Below, one piece after another: positions 36,411 to 45,715 of a DNA stretch of 64,000 bases. The position numbers and the translations under genes are program-made. Under the pieces are notes generated by a model that worked only from the letters and a program-made list of their open reading frames with translations, was not told the DNA's origin and ran no database searches. How positions within the stretch are numbered: the stretch's first letter is position 1; each line of letters begins with the position of its first letter. Source of the stretch: Candidatus Babeliales bacterium (GTDB lineage Bacteria > Babelota > Babeliae > Babelales > JACPOV01); NCBI GenBank assembly GCA_050250855.1, contig JBFWNW010000002.1, positions 192,001 to 256,000 on the forward strand, given 5' to 3'.

Positions 36411-37418
36411 TTAAAACTTCAATTCCTGGCTAATTCTATTACTATTAAGCTCAGTATGCTCAAAGGCAAGAGCAGAACTAATAATAAATTCCAGCTCAGA
36501 GTACTTTGGTTGCCATTGCAAAATGGTTTGAGCTTTAGTTGGATCAGCAACCAAAATGGCTGGATCACCAGCGCGGCGTTTTTCCCACTGTATTTTAATT
36601 GGCATTTTAGTTATAGCCTCTACCGTTTGTACCATTTGTTTGACCGATGTTCCTTTGCCGGTACCTAAATTAAAATAATCAGACTGCTTTCCTTGCTCTA
36701 AATGCTTAAGTGCTGCCACATGTGCATGCGCTATATCAAGAACATGCAAATAATCACGTATTGCGGTACCATCTTTTGTTTCATAATCATTGCCAAATAC
36801 AGAAAATGGTGTTTGTTTGCGCGCAGCTTGCAAAAGGAGGGGGATAATATGTGTTTCCGGTTTGTGCTGTTCACCCAAACCTTCTTGTGCTAATGCACCG
36901 GCAGCATTAAAATAACGCAAGCATATTGAGCGTATGCCGTACGCGTGTCCAACGTCTTGCAAGATCGCCTCCACCATAGCTTTTGTTTTGCCGTAGGGCG
37001 AAATTGGGTTATGTGGATGATCTTCGGTTAAAGGGATTTTTTGTGGCGTGCCATAGACTGCGCAGCTTGAAGAAAAAATAATCTGTTGAATTTGGTGTGC
37101 GCGTAAGATATTAAGTAAGGCTATAGTTTTGCTGACATTATTTTCATAAAATTTCAGGGGATGTTTTACTGATTCACCAACTTCTATGCAAGCAGCAAAA
37201 TGCATTACGGCTTTAATAGGATAAGTTGTTAGCACTTTAGTAAGAACTGTTTCATCTGCATAATCTGCACGAATAATAGTAGCCCAGGAAGGGTTACAAT
37301 ATTGGTTATGTACAAAGGAATCAATAATAACAGGATGATAACCAGATTTTGCCAAAAGATACGCGGTATGAGATCCTATGTATCCTGCACCGCCTAAAAC
37401 TAATACTGCTTGTTGCAT
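36411..37418 (-). CDS. galE: UDP-glucose 4-epimerase
   Basis: GGAGYIGSH, FSSSCAVYG, YGKTK, LRYFNAAGA, RDYLHV. Confidence 0.95.
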   Translation of the reverse strand: MQQAVLVLGGAGYIGSHTAYLLAKSGYHPVIIDSFVHNQYCNPSWATIIRADYADETVLTKVLTTYPIKAVMHFAACIEVGESVKHPLKFYENNVSKTIALLNILRAHQIQQIIFSSSCAVYGTPQKIPLTEDHPHNPISPYGKTKAMVEAILQDVGHAYGIRSICLRYFNAAGALAQEGLGEQHKPETHIIPLLLQAARKQTPFSVFGNDYETKDGTAIRDYLHVLDIAHAHVAALKHLEQGKQSDYFNLGTGKGTSVKQMVQTVEAITKMPIKIQWEKRRAGDPAILVADPTKAQTILQWQPKYSELEFIISSALAFEHTELNSNRISQELKF

Positions 37419-37440
37419 ACTAAAACCTTTTTTTAAATTA

Positions 37441-37607
37441 GAGCTTATCGCAAAATTAAAAAACTTTTGCAGTTTTATACTTCGACTCGGGTAAAAACCC
37501 TCGCTCAGTATGACCGGGTTCTCTGTCTCCCTGCCTGTCCTGAGTATTCGCGAAGGGAGCGAGCAGAGTGAGTCGAAGGGTAAATTTATGATTTTTGCGA
37601 TAAGCTC
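37441..37607. mobile_element. 167-bp MITE with 15-bp terminal inverted repeats and TTA target-site duplication
   Basis: tta|gagcttatcgcaaaa...ttttgcgataagctc|tta; interior is an inverted doublet of the palindromic modules. Confidence 0.8.
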
Positions 37608-37658
37608 TTATTACTTTTGAATTACTGTAATGAAAAATAAGGTTTTTGTATAGAAAAG

Positions 37659-37687
37659 AAAAGGCCTGAATATCTCAGGCCTTTTTT
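37659..37687. terminator. Terminator hairpin
   Basis: aaaaggcctga-atatc-tcaggcctttt. Confidence 0.8.
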
Positions 37688-37707
37688 AGATAATGATTTT
37701 ACTATCT

Positions 37708-38256
37708 TTATTTACCTGCTTTGATGATAGGTCTTGAAAGAAGTTCTTTTGCAGCTTCACTTAAATTTGTGTCTTTAGATTTTGAAGCTTTAATTAAATA
37801 AGATTTTAAATTATTAGTATAGTTATACATATCAGTTACTAATTTTTCTATAGGTGTTGTTGGATTTTGTATTTTTATTTCCTGATATAATCTTAAAGGA
37901 TTGCTTCCTATATTAACTATAGCTATTCCTAGAGCTCTATCTTTTCTTGGCAAATTTCTTGCAATTTCTTGAGCCTTTTCTAGAAAATCTTTTGTTTTTA
38001 CAGCTAGTCGATAGGTGCCCTTTGTTAGTCCAGTATCATATTGCTGTCCTTGAGTTGGCTGCATAGGCTGTTGAACGGGTCTAGTAGGTTGCATAGGCTG
38101 TTGAACTGGCTGCATAGGTTGCTGAACGGGTCTAGTAGGCTGCATAGGCTGTTGAACTGGCTGAGTAGTAGGTTTTTTTCTGCCTCTGAGTTCTTGAAAA
38201 GAAAAAGTATAAGCGGGCATTCCTAAAAAAATAAGTACAAGCAGATGGCGTTTCAT
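37708..38256 (-). CDS. Secreted hypothetical protein with Pro/Gln repeats
   Basis: Signal-like N-terminus; four PVQQPMQ units. Confidence 0.75.
   Translation of the reverse strand: MKRHLLVLIFLGMPAYTFSFQELRGRKKPTTQPVQQPMQPTRPVQQPMQPVQQPMQPTRPVQQPMQPTQGQQYDTGLTKGTYRLAVKTKDFLEKAQEIARNLPRKDRALGIAIVNIGSNPLRLYQEIKIQNPTTPIEKLVTDMYNYTNNLKSYLIKASKSKDTNLSEAAKELLSRPIIKAGK
38057..38163. repeat. Coding tandem repeat (21-bp unit x4 with 9-bp interrupts)
   Basis: ggctgcataggctgttgaac repeated; encodes PVQQPMQ(PTR). Confidence 0.9.
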
Positions 38257-38289
38257 AATTATGTCTCCCTCTTTTTTAATTAACTGTGT

Positions 38290-38324
38290 AAAAAAAGCTA
38301 TGGTTTTTAGCCATAGCTTTTTTT
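38290..38324. terminator. Strong terminator hairpin
   Basis: aaaaaaagctatgg-ttttta-gccatagctttttt. Confidence 0.85.
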
Positions 38325-38348
38325 ACTAATTACTATTTAGTTAATCTA

Positions 38349-39908
38349 TCATAGTGATAGTATGAATTTACCCCAAACAGTGTAGCGGCTTACCGCACCT
38401 TTATCTGAAGAGATTTCATAAGAACCACCAACGTTCAATGCAACTGGGTAGCACCAGTTATCCCAGCGCCAGCCAAGTGAACCGTAGATAGTATTAGTTA
38501 CTGCGCATGGAGATGCTGCAGTTTCTAAATCTAAATCTTCAGCTTGGATTGCTGCAGCTGTACGATAGGGATGAGCCACACCAGTAAAAATTTCTTTAAT
38601 AGTTATTGCACGGTTTAAATTGTTATCAGCAGTACCATCGTTATTTATGTTTGCAAATGCTGGTCCAACTTCCCAAGGTCTGTCAAGTTTGATATGTTCA
38701 CTTGCTTTTGCCCAGAAGTTCCAACCAATCTCACCTTGGAAGCGGCAGTGTGTATAGACAAACGCTGTGTTAATATCTTTTTGGAAGCGAGGGTTTACTT
38801 GAACTTTACGAGTGAAGAAGTTAATACCATTAGTCACTGCTAGAGAAGCTGTATCAGCTGCCGATGGATATACTAATTGGTAACGGCTCCATGGTTTACC
38901 TTTTACGTCAAATGAACGTCTTTGAGTATTTTTGAAAAGGTAACGACCATTTGTTGCCATTTCAAAGTGCAAGTAGCGATCGCAACCGCTCCACACTTCC
39001 CAACCCCAGTAGCCGCCATACATGATGCCGCCATGGAAGTTGTTACCAACTATTGGTTCAAATACGTACTCACCTTTAGGTTTGTTACCCGTTGGAATCA
39101 AGCCACCGATATAACCTTCTGCATGGCACATATCTTCACAAAGGTAATCATAACCAATTTTTACTTCGATATCAGCTGCACGGAATTTAGAATGTGAGCC
39201 TTTAATTTTGCCATATTTCCACTCAGAACCAGTTACAACAAGTTGACCACCGATAGCGTTAACTTGACCCTTAAGACCTTTGAACGCTTCTACCATGCTT
39301 GTATTTACAAGATCGCTGCCGTTTATTGGATCAAATGTTCTTGTAGAAGTTTCTTTTAAGTTTACCGAGTTTTTAACCCACTCAAGAGGCGTGGAGATTT
39401 GGAACCACCATTTTTTCTCGCACGCATCACGGCGATGCATATATTGTTTGTAGTCAAGACCAACACCCGCAAAGCTTTGGCGAGGGCGGAATTGAATAGT
39501 GCTAACAAAATCATTATCTTGTGTGAAGATATTGAAGTTATTAGCATTAACATCGCGCAAGTTAGGATTGTAATTAGGAGCGAAAGGCTCAAGAGCCCCA
39601 TTGAAAGCATCGCCTTCAGCTACAACTAACTCAGATTTGTTGCAGAACATGAAATACTTAGCAAGATCCTTAGCATTTCGCGTTTGGCCACCAAAAGGCA
39701 CGATTTGGAACGCACCGCTTATACCGCAATCACGCGCAAGCGCAGCGTCACGCCAAAAGCCACTTACCTTTTCAGGCATAGCAGTTTGGAATGGAGGGCG
39801 AACCCATAGGAACGTATGGGAATTGTTAGGACCGTCACCGGTACCATCAGCTCGTGCAGCACCTACTGCACAGAAAAGAAGAAGAGAAACTTTAAGATGT
39901 TTTCTCAT
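38349..39908 (-). CDS. Exported beta-strand-rich protein, probable outer-membrane protein
   Basis: ATG 39908 with AAGGAG RBS; signal ending ARA; alternating aromatic/Gly strands to the C-terminus; own terminator. Confidence 0.7.
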   Translation of the reverse strand: MRKHLKVSLLLFCAVGAARADGTGDGPNNSHTFLWVRPPFQTAMPEKVSGFWRDAALARDCGISGAFQIVPFGGQTRNAKDLAKYFMFCNKSELVVAEGDAFNGALEPFAPNYNPNLRDVNANNFNIFTQDNDFVSTIQFRPRQSFAGVGLDYKQYMHRRDACEKKWWFQISTPLEWVKNSVNLKETSTRTFDPINGSDLVNTSMVEAFKGLKGQVNAIGGQLVVTGSEWKYGKIKGSHSKFRAADIEVKIGYDYLCEDMCHAEGYIGGLIPTGNKPKGEYVFEPIVGNNFHGGIMYGGYWGWEVWSGCDRYLHFEMATNGRYLFKNTQRRSFDVKGKPWSRYQLVYPSAADTASLAVTNGINFFTRKVQVNPRFQKDINTAFVYTHCRFQGEIGWNFWAKASEHIKLDRPWEVGPAFANINNDGTADNNLNRAITIKEIFTGVAHPYRTAAAIQAEDLDLETAASPCAVTNTIYGSLGWRWDNWCYPVALNVGGSYEISSDKGAVSRYTVWGKFILSL

Positions 39909-40293
39909 GGTCACTCCTTTTTTGGAAGTGTTATACATTACTAGACACTCCGGACACTAATTAAATTTCTACCAATTTTTTTATAGATTAGTCAATCTTT
40001 TTATAATTTTTTTTTAATTTTTCTTCATCACGCCATACGTACCTCCTTCATCATGTAACAGTGGATCGCTATTTTGCTACAATCATTCGGGGTAATTTTT
40101 TAAACCCATGCAAGAATGATTTTTATTCTCTACTGATCTTCCCCTATGTTGTATCATCATATGGAAAGAAAAGTCAACTATTTTTAAAAAATAATGTAAA
40201 AGTTTTTTACGAATGTGATAAGCTATATGTAAATTTTTTATGGAAGTTGCTGCTGTTTTTGTCGATGAGGACATAATTTTAAAGGCCCTAATT

Positions 40294-41544
40294 ATGCTTA
40301 ATAAAGTCAGAGGAACTCAAGATTTTCTCAACCTTGCTCTATTCAATTTTATTATTAATACCACGCGCGCATACCTTGAGTGCCATCATTTTTCAGAGAT
40401 TGCAACACCTATTTTAGAACACACCGATCTTTTTAAGCGGTCTTTAGGTTTGCATACTGATGTTGTCACCAAGCAGATGTTTACCATAGCAACGGCAGAT
40501 GAAGGGGAAAGCATTTGTTTGCGGCCAGAGGCAACAGCTTCAACGATGCGTGCATTTGTAGAAAATCATATTCTGGAAAGACCATGGAAAGTTTTTTCCT
40601 GGGGGCCTATGTTTCGGTACGAACGGCCGCAAAAAGGGCGTTTTAGACAGTTTCATCAAATTAATCTAGAAATGATCGATGCCGCATCCATACAGTATGA
40701 TGCTTATTTAATTATGCTGCTGGATCGTTTATTTTCTCAAACCTTTTTGCTTGAAAATTATGCATTAATGATTAATTTTCTTGGTTGCAGTGCTGATCGC
40801 CAAGCATTTAAGAAAATTTTAGATACCTTTTTAGCCTCAGTTGTTACGCATTTGTGTGCTACATGCAAAGAGCGTAAAGAAAAAAATGCTATGCGTGTTT
40901 TTGATTGTAAAAATGAACAATGCCAAGAACAGTACCGCAAAGCACCGCATATGACCGATCATTTATGTTCGGGCTGTAAGCAAGAATGGCAAACAGTGCA
41001 AGACAGTTTACAAATGCTTTCCGTTACCTTTAGCCATGCGCCAAGTTTAGTTCGTGGCCTTGATTATTACAATAAAACAGTCTTTGAATTTGTCAGCACA
41101 GATTTGGGTGCGCAATCTGCTTTTTGTGGCGGTGGGCGCTATGATCATTTACTTACGTATATGGGCGGCAAAAAAGATTATCCTGCTATTGGCGCTTCTA
41201 TTGGTGTTGAGCGTTTGATGTTATTGCTCGAACCATTGCAAGACAAACTACCTTTGCCACAGCACAAGAGTTTACATTGTATACTGCCACTGGAGCCTGA
41301 GCAACAAACATTAGCGTTGTTCTTGGCAGATGAACTTTTTGCGCAGGGGTTATGCGTTGATGTTTTTCTTGATAATGATTCACTCAAAAGTATGATGCGC
41401 AAAGCAAATAAGCTTGGTGCGCAGTATGTACTTATTGTTGGCCCCGATGAGCAGGCAAAAGGGGAGGTTGTTGTTAAAAATATGCAGACCGGTGCAGAAG
41501 AACGTATTAAGCAAACGGATGTTGCTGCTTATTTAAAGAAATAA
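40294..41544 (+). CDS. hisS: Histidine--tRNA ligase
   Basis: VRGTQDF, LRPEATA, FRYERPQKGRFRQFHQ, VRGLDYY, GGGRYD. Confidence 0.97.
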   Translation: MLNKVRGTQDFLNLALFNFIINTTRAYLECHHFSEIATPILEHTDLFKRSLGLHTDVVTKQMFTIATADEGESICLRPEATASTMRAFVENHILERPWKVFSWGPMFRYERPQKGRFRQFHQINLEMIDAASIQYDAYLIMLLDRLFSQTFLLENYALMINFLGCSADRQAFKKILDTFLASVVTHLCATCKERKEKNAMRVFDCKNEQCQEQYRKAPHMTDHLCSGCKQEWQTVQDSLQMLSVTFSHAPSLVRGLDYYNKTVFEFVSTDLGAQSAFCGGGRYDHLLTYMGGKKDYPAIGASIGVERLMLLLEPLQDKLPLPQHKSLHCILPLEPEQQTLALFLADELFAQGLCVDVFLDNDSLKSMMRKANKLGAQYVLIVGPDEQAKGEVVVKNMQTGAEERIKQTDVAAYLKK

Positions 41545-41576
41545 AAAAGAGCCGGAAAATCTCCGGCCCTTTTTTT
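41543..41576. terminator. Bidirectional terminator
   Basis: aaaaaagagccgga-aaatc-tccggcccttttt between convergent genes. Confidence 0.8.
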
Positions 41577-41593
41577 AAAATATGAGATAAGCT

Positions 41594-42862
41594 CTATTGA
41601 TTTAAAAGAGATTTATACATATTTTTTCTTGCTATTTTTTCAGTAAGGTGCTTATGCCACTCTGGGTCATTCTCTTCTTGTAGTTTCATTTTTTCTTCCC
41701 AAGTAAGAGCAGCTTGTACCTTCATATCTTGAGTATTTGTATAGCCAGCCAAAGCTTTTTTGGTTTCTTCCAGCGTAACAAGAGAAGAAGGAGTGGTAGT
41801 TTTATTTTCTTCTTTTTCTTTATTCATAAGATATGCATATGCAGAAGGTTCTTCATGCTCTACTTGTTTTTCAACCTGTTGAGTAGAAACATAAATTCCT
41901 TTTTCTTCTTGCATTACTGGCTTTTTCCACCATTGGTAAGTCTTATAAAGACCATAACCAATAAGAGGTGTAGCAACAGCAGCTGCCACTGCATAAGGAT
42001 GGCATGAAACAAAATTCAATGCAGGAGTAGAAAGCTTAGTTGCTAATGCTGAAGCATTATTCCATGAAGCATTCTGCCACAGGTATGTTAACCCTGTTTT
42101 AGCGCTTGCTAGATTTTGTTTTAAGTTAATGCAACGAGCTAAAGAGTCTGGATTGTGTCTGCTAGCCCAAGTAAGTAATGATCCATAAGCCAAAGCAGTT
42201 GTTGTTACAACAGTATTTTCATTTTTACAAAAAGTAAGAATGCCATCTTTAACGCTGATTATGCCGTTTTTAACAACATCAGCAGCTTTTTTGATGTGGC
42301 CATTATTGTATACACAATATTCTACAACGCCCGCTGCAACAGCTACTGCTACAACGCCTGTCAAATAAGGGTGTTCTTGAATAGCTTCTAAAGAAAGCTT
42401 AACAATTTCATAACCCTTGTTTTTGAAGTTTGAAGTTATAGTATTAACTTGTTGGTTTGATGTAGATTGCTCAGTTGTAGTTTCAACAACATGTCCCAAC
42501 TGATGTTCAGTTGAACCTGCGATGAATTCTGGCTCTATAGCTTGTGTAGTTGCTTCAGGTTTAACTTCACCAAAAGAAAACCAGTTAGATAGTTTTTTAG
42601 GCAAAGAAACTGAAGCTTGAGCTGTTTTTGCAGGTACCGCAGTATAACTCCAATTAGATTTTTTTGGAGTTTCAGCTGGTATAACAAATTTTGTACCAAA
42701 GTGTTTCTCTTGGTCCATTTTGTACTGCTCAGCGGCCTGTGCCTTTAGATTTTCTAAATACTGAGAGAAAGTTCCTACCGGTGCATAATTAGGTTTTGCG
42801 CAGATAGGGCCCATTGCTAACGCAGCAACGGCTATAAGTGAAAAATAACGAATAGTATTCAT
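41594..42862 (-). CDS. Secreted/membrane hypothetical protein with repeated HPY-TM motif
   Basis: Signal peptide; hydrophobic segments HPYLTGVVAVAVAAG and HPYAVAAAVATPLIGYGLYK. Confidence 0.78.
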   Translation of the reverse strand: MNTIRYFSLIAVAALAMGPICAKPNYAPVGTFSQYLENLKAQAAEQYKMDQEKHFGTKFVIPAETPKKSNWSYTAVPAKTAQASVSLPKKLSNWFSFGEVKPEATTQAIEPEFIAGSTEHQLGHVVETTTEQSTSNQQVNTITSNFKNKGYEIVKLSLEAIQEHPYLTGVVAVAVAAGVVEYCVYNNGHIKKAADVVKNGIISVKDGILTFCKNENTVVTTTALAYGSLLTWASRHNPDSLARCINLKQNLASAKTGLTYLWQNASWNNASALATKLSTPALNFVSCHPYAVAAAVATPLIGYGLYKTYQWWKKPVMQEEKGIYVSTQQVEKQVEHEEPSAYAYLMNKEKEENKTTTPSSLVTLEETKKALAGYTNTQDMKVQAALTWEEKMKLQEENDPEWHKHLTEKIARKNMYKSLLNQ

Positions 42863-42900
42863 AAGAATACACCTCCATGTTAAAAGATTCGTTTATCTAT

Positions 42901-43302
42901 TTATTTTCCGTTTTTACAATATTGGTAAACTTTATAAAGACCATAAAAAATAACAGGAGTAGCAATTGCAGCTGCTGTTATGTAAGGATTATTCTTTATA
43001 AATTCTGGTGTCCAGCTAGAAGCAGTAGAATATACCGTTTCTTTACTCGGCAAAATACTGTTAAAGTAGTTATATCCCGGCACCATTTTTAAATAGTTCA
43101 GCTGTTTTTCAGTTGAATCTATAGCCAATTGTGATTGTGCAGTTGATTCAGGTTGAATTTGACTGAGTGGTTTTATTCGTATATTAAAACGACTTCCATC
43201 ATCATTAATAAATGTAGGATATCTGGGCTCAGGAACAGCAAAAGATTGGCCCATTGCTAACGCAGCAACGGCTATAAGTGAAAAATAACGAATAGTATTC
43301 AT
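42901..43302 (-). CDS. Short paralog of 41594-42862 (signal + C-terminal TM)
   Basis: Identical first 18 aa; NPYITAAAIATPVIFYGLYK. Confidence 0.78.
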   Translation of the reverse strand: MNTIRYFSLIAVAALAMGQSFAVPEPRYPTFINDDGSRFNIRIKPLSQIQPESTAQSQLAIDSTEKQLNYLKMVPGYNYFNSILPSKETVYSTASSWTPEFIKNNPYITAAAIATPVIFYGLYKVYQYCKNGK

Positions 43303-43450
43303 AATTATACCTCCATAGATTTACTTACTTCTATCCCTATTTATAACCATTTTATAGGGTAGATAGTACTCTCATTTAATTCCAGGTTCTCATATAAAAA
43401 AGGCTTTGTCAAAGGGGTTTGCATGTTTTTTATTCTAATATGCATTAAAA

Positions 43451-44167
43451 TCATTGCTTTTTAATCTGGCCTTCAGGTTTGGGTTTAAAAAGCTGATTCA
43501 AAAATTGTTGTTCTTGTATCTCTTGAGTTAGTTTTAAGAGCTTTCTTTGTAAGCTCAAATTATCTGCATAAATATTTAGTTCTTCTTGTAATGAATTTTT
43601 TTCATCTAAATTTTCTTGAGAATGCTCTCTGTCACTTTCTGTTTTTTCTTGTGAATTTGCAGAAGAATAGCTTTGAGAAGATTCCTCTCCTCTCTGTGCT
43701 TCAGGCCTTTTTTCATTTTTTTTCTTAGCAAACCATGCTTTAAAGGTAGTTAGAATGCAATCTTTATAGGTATACAAGCCATAGCACAATAATCCTATAC
43801 CAGTAATAACTACAGCAGTAATCACTATAGGTTTAGAGAAAAAAAATTCAGGGTGTTCTTGTAGATCTTTGTCTAGTTCTGGGAGTGCGACATCAATACA
43901 ATTTTTTTGTTCTAGTGATTGTTCTACCTGGGCGCTAACTGTTTGAACGGCGGGGGTAAAGCTTTCTACAGCAAAAGAAGGGGTATTATTAAAATCTTTA
44001 ACTACAGCTTGTTCTCTGTTTTGGAAGGCAAAAAGACCCACAGACCAGTAGCCAGCAGTCATATCAGCCCAAAGAGGTTGTGCGGATAGAGAAACAGATA
44101 AAAATAGTAATATATAACGTATATTCATAATAACACTCCATTTAATGTTCATATTTCTATTATGCAT
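43451..44167 (-). CDS. Hypothetical protein with signal peptide and one TM (true start probably a downstream Met)
   Basis: MNIRYILLFLSVSLSA; TM ending CYGLY; charged tail. Confidence 0.7.
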   Translation of the reverse strand: MHNRNMNIKWSVIMNIRYILLFLSVSLSAQPLWADMTAGYWSVGLFAFQNREQAVVKDFNNTPSFAVESFTPAVQTVSAQVEQSLEQKNCIDVALPELDKDLQEHPEFFFSKPIVITAVVITGIGLLCYGLYTYKDCILTTFKAWFAKKKNEKRPEAQRGEESSQSYSSANSQEKTESDREHSQENLDEKNSLQEELNIYADNLSLQRKLLKLTQEIQEQQFLNQLFKPKPEGQIKKQ

Positions 44168-44820
44168 TAATGGAGGAATAGTGCAAGTGGCTTAGCCAAA
44201 AATGACTGTAGCACGTAAAAAAGGGGGATTAGGGCTATAATTGAATCAAAACGATCTAGAAGGCCGCCATGGCCAGGTAGAAGGGTGCCCGCATCTTTGC
44301 GCTGAGCACAGCGTTTGAGCCACGATTCAAAGAGGTCGCCTCCTGTGGCCACGAGCGCAATCAGGATGCTCAGAGCAGCAAAATAAGCATTTGATAGAGC
44401 CCAAGGCTTGAATGCAAGAAGTACTATAAAAACAGCTATAAGCCCCCCTAAAAACCCTTCCCAGGTTTTTTTAGGGCTTAAAGAAGGAGCAAGAAGGTGC
44501 TTACCTATTAAATTTCCAACCAGGTAGGCAGCAGTATCATGGCAAAAAGCTATAACAAAAAGAAGCTGTACCAGCTTGATATTTTGGTAGGCCATATAAG
44601 CAAGGAGCGCAAAGGGGACGCCAAGGTAGCAGGTTGCAAGAATAAGGTAATTTTGTGCTGAACGTGAAAGCTGCGGCAATTCTGTGCAAAGGATAAGAAA
44701 AAGAATCGTAGCCAAAAGAGTATAAAAAATCCAAAAAGGAAGAAAAAAGAGTGATGCCAAAATGATGAAAGAAAAGAGAAGGCCTGTAATGCTCCGTGTT
44801 AAAAATTCTTGAAAGTTCAT
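44167..44820 (-). CDS. cdsA: Phosphatidate cytidylyltransferase
   Basis: DTAAYLVG, SPKKTWEG, GDLFESWLKR, PGHGGLLDRFD. Confidence 0.95.
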   Translation of the reverse strand: MNFQEFLTRSITGLLFSFIILASLFFLPFWIFYTLLATILFLILCTELPQLSRSAQNYLILATCYLGVPFALLAYMAYQNIKLVQLLFVIAFCHDTAAYLVGNLIGKHLLAPSLSPKKTWEGFLGGLIAVFIVLLAFKPWALSNAYFAALSILIALVATGGDLFESWLKRCAQRKDAGTLLPGHGGLLDRFDSIIALIPLFYVLQSFLAKPLALFLH

Positions 44821-44854
44821 AAGTTAACTTTTTTGTATTTCTATAAATTTTTAG

Positions 44855-45356
44855 TTATTCCGTTCGCCCTGACCCCTCGTCAGCTTTGCAGCCGCTCGGG
44901 ACTAAAGGCAATTCGAGGGGAGCATGCCCTGAGCTTGTCGAATGGGTCGAAGGGTGCGAACGATTTATAATATTTATTTGTTGCTTAACTCTATTATTTT
45001 AGTCCAATTGCCATTAATTAAAGCGTTTTTCTTTTCTCGTGACCATTCTTTAATTTTTTGTTCAGCAATTAGTGCATCAACTCTTTCCTCAAATTTTTCT
45101 AAAAATACTAATTCTATAGGGAGGCGAGTTGATGTATAGCTTGCATATTTTTTATCATTATGTTCAGCTAATCTCTTTTCAATATTATCTGTATGCCCAG
45201 TATAATATGAGTTGTCTGAACATTTTAGTATATAAACATAAAAATTCATTATGAGTTCGTATCCTTCGACAAGCTCAGGACGAATGGAGTGAAGTGCTGA
45301 GCGAAGCGTTTACTACTGAGTATTAATCGAAGTATCAGGATGAACGGAGAATAATT
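44855..45356. mobile_element. GIY-YIG nuclease gene enclosed by inverted palindromic modules (candidate autonomous element)
   Basis: Left arm ccgttcgccctg...agc...gtcgaagggtgcgaacg (44860-44962); right arm gttcgtatccttcgacaagctcaggacgaatgg (45255-45287) plus more module fragments to ~45347. Confidence 0.65.
44974..45249 (-). CDS. Small GIY-YIG endonuclease (YhbQ/UPF0213-like)
   Basis: FYVYIL...YYTGHT...KRLAEH...AEQKIK.WSR.KK signature intact. Confidence 0.93.
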   Translation of the reverse strand: MNFYVYILKCSDNSYYTGHTDNIEKRLAEHNDKKYASYTSTRLPIELVFLEKFEERVDALIAEQKIKEWSREKKNALINGNWTKIIELSNK

Positions 45357-45714
45357 AACCATACCTCTCCTGCTTAGTGAATGCATTAGGAATATACTGT
45401 AATGAATTTTCATTAACTGCTCCCTGAATGAGCGCAACATCAAAACGGAAGACTTTATTGGTAAGCTGCTTTGAGGCTATATAATGCTGTGCTGCTTTAA
45501 TTATTTTTTTTTGTTTTCCATAAGTAATAACTTCAGAAAGATTATACTGATGTGTTGTGCGGGTTTTGACTTCTACAAAGATGACAAGATCTTCTTTCTT
45601 TGCAATAATATCAACTTCACCATAGAATTTTTTATAGTTGCGTTCAAGAATGGTAAAGCCTTGTTTTTGTATAAACTGAGCAACCAGACTTTCTCCCTGT
45701 GTTCCTAAGTTCAT
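45355..45714 (-). CDS. yraN: YraN family (UPF0102) protein
   Basis: GEVDIIA, FVEVKTR, RFDV, IPNAF. Confidence 0.93.
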   Translation of the reverse strand: MNLGTQGESLVAQFIQKQGFTILERNYKKFYGEVDIIAKKEDLVIFVEVKTRTTHQYNLSEVITYGKQKKIIKAAQHYIASKQLTNKVFRFDVALIQGAVNENSLQYIPNAFTKQERYG

Positions 45715-45715
45715 A

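Noticed and set aside
39960..40290. Long AT-rich divergent intergenic region with short ORFs; considered as a replication origin
   Set aside because: No cluster of DnaA boxes (TTATCCACA) seen; consistent with divergent promoters
12261..45356. Recurring ~30-bp palindromic repeats considered as a CRISPR array
   Set aside because: Copies are dispersed, inverted and nested rather than regularly spaced direct repeats with unique spacers; no cas genes seen
44942..45443. ORFs 44942-45139 (+) and 45249-45443 (-)
   Set aside because: Antisense to the GIY-YIG gene or derived from the flanking repeat (PFVLSLSKD)
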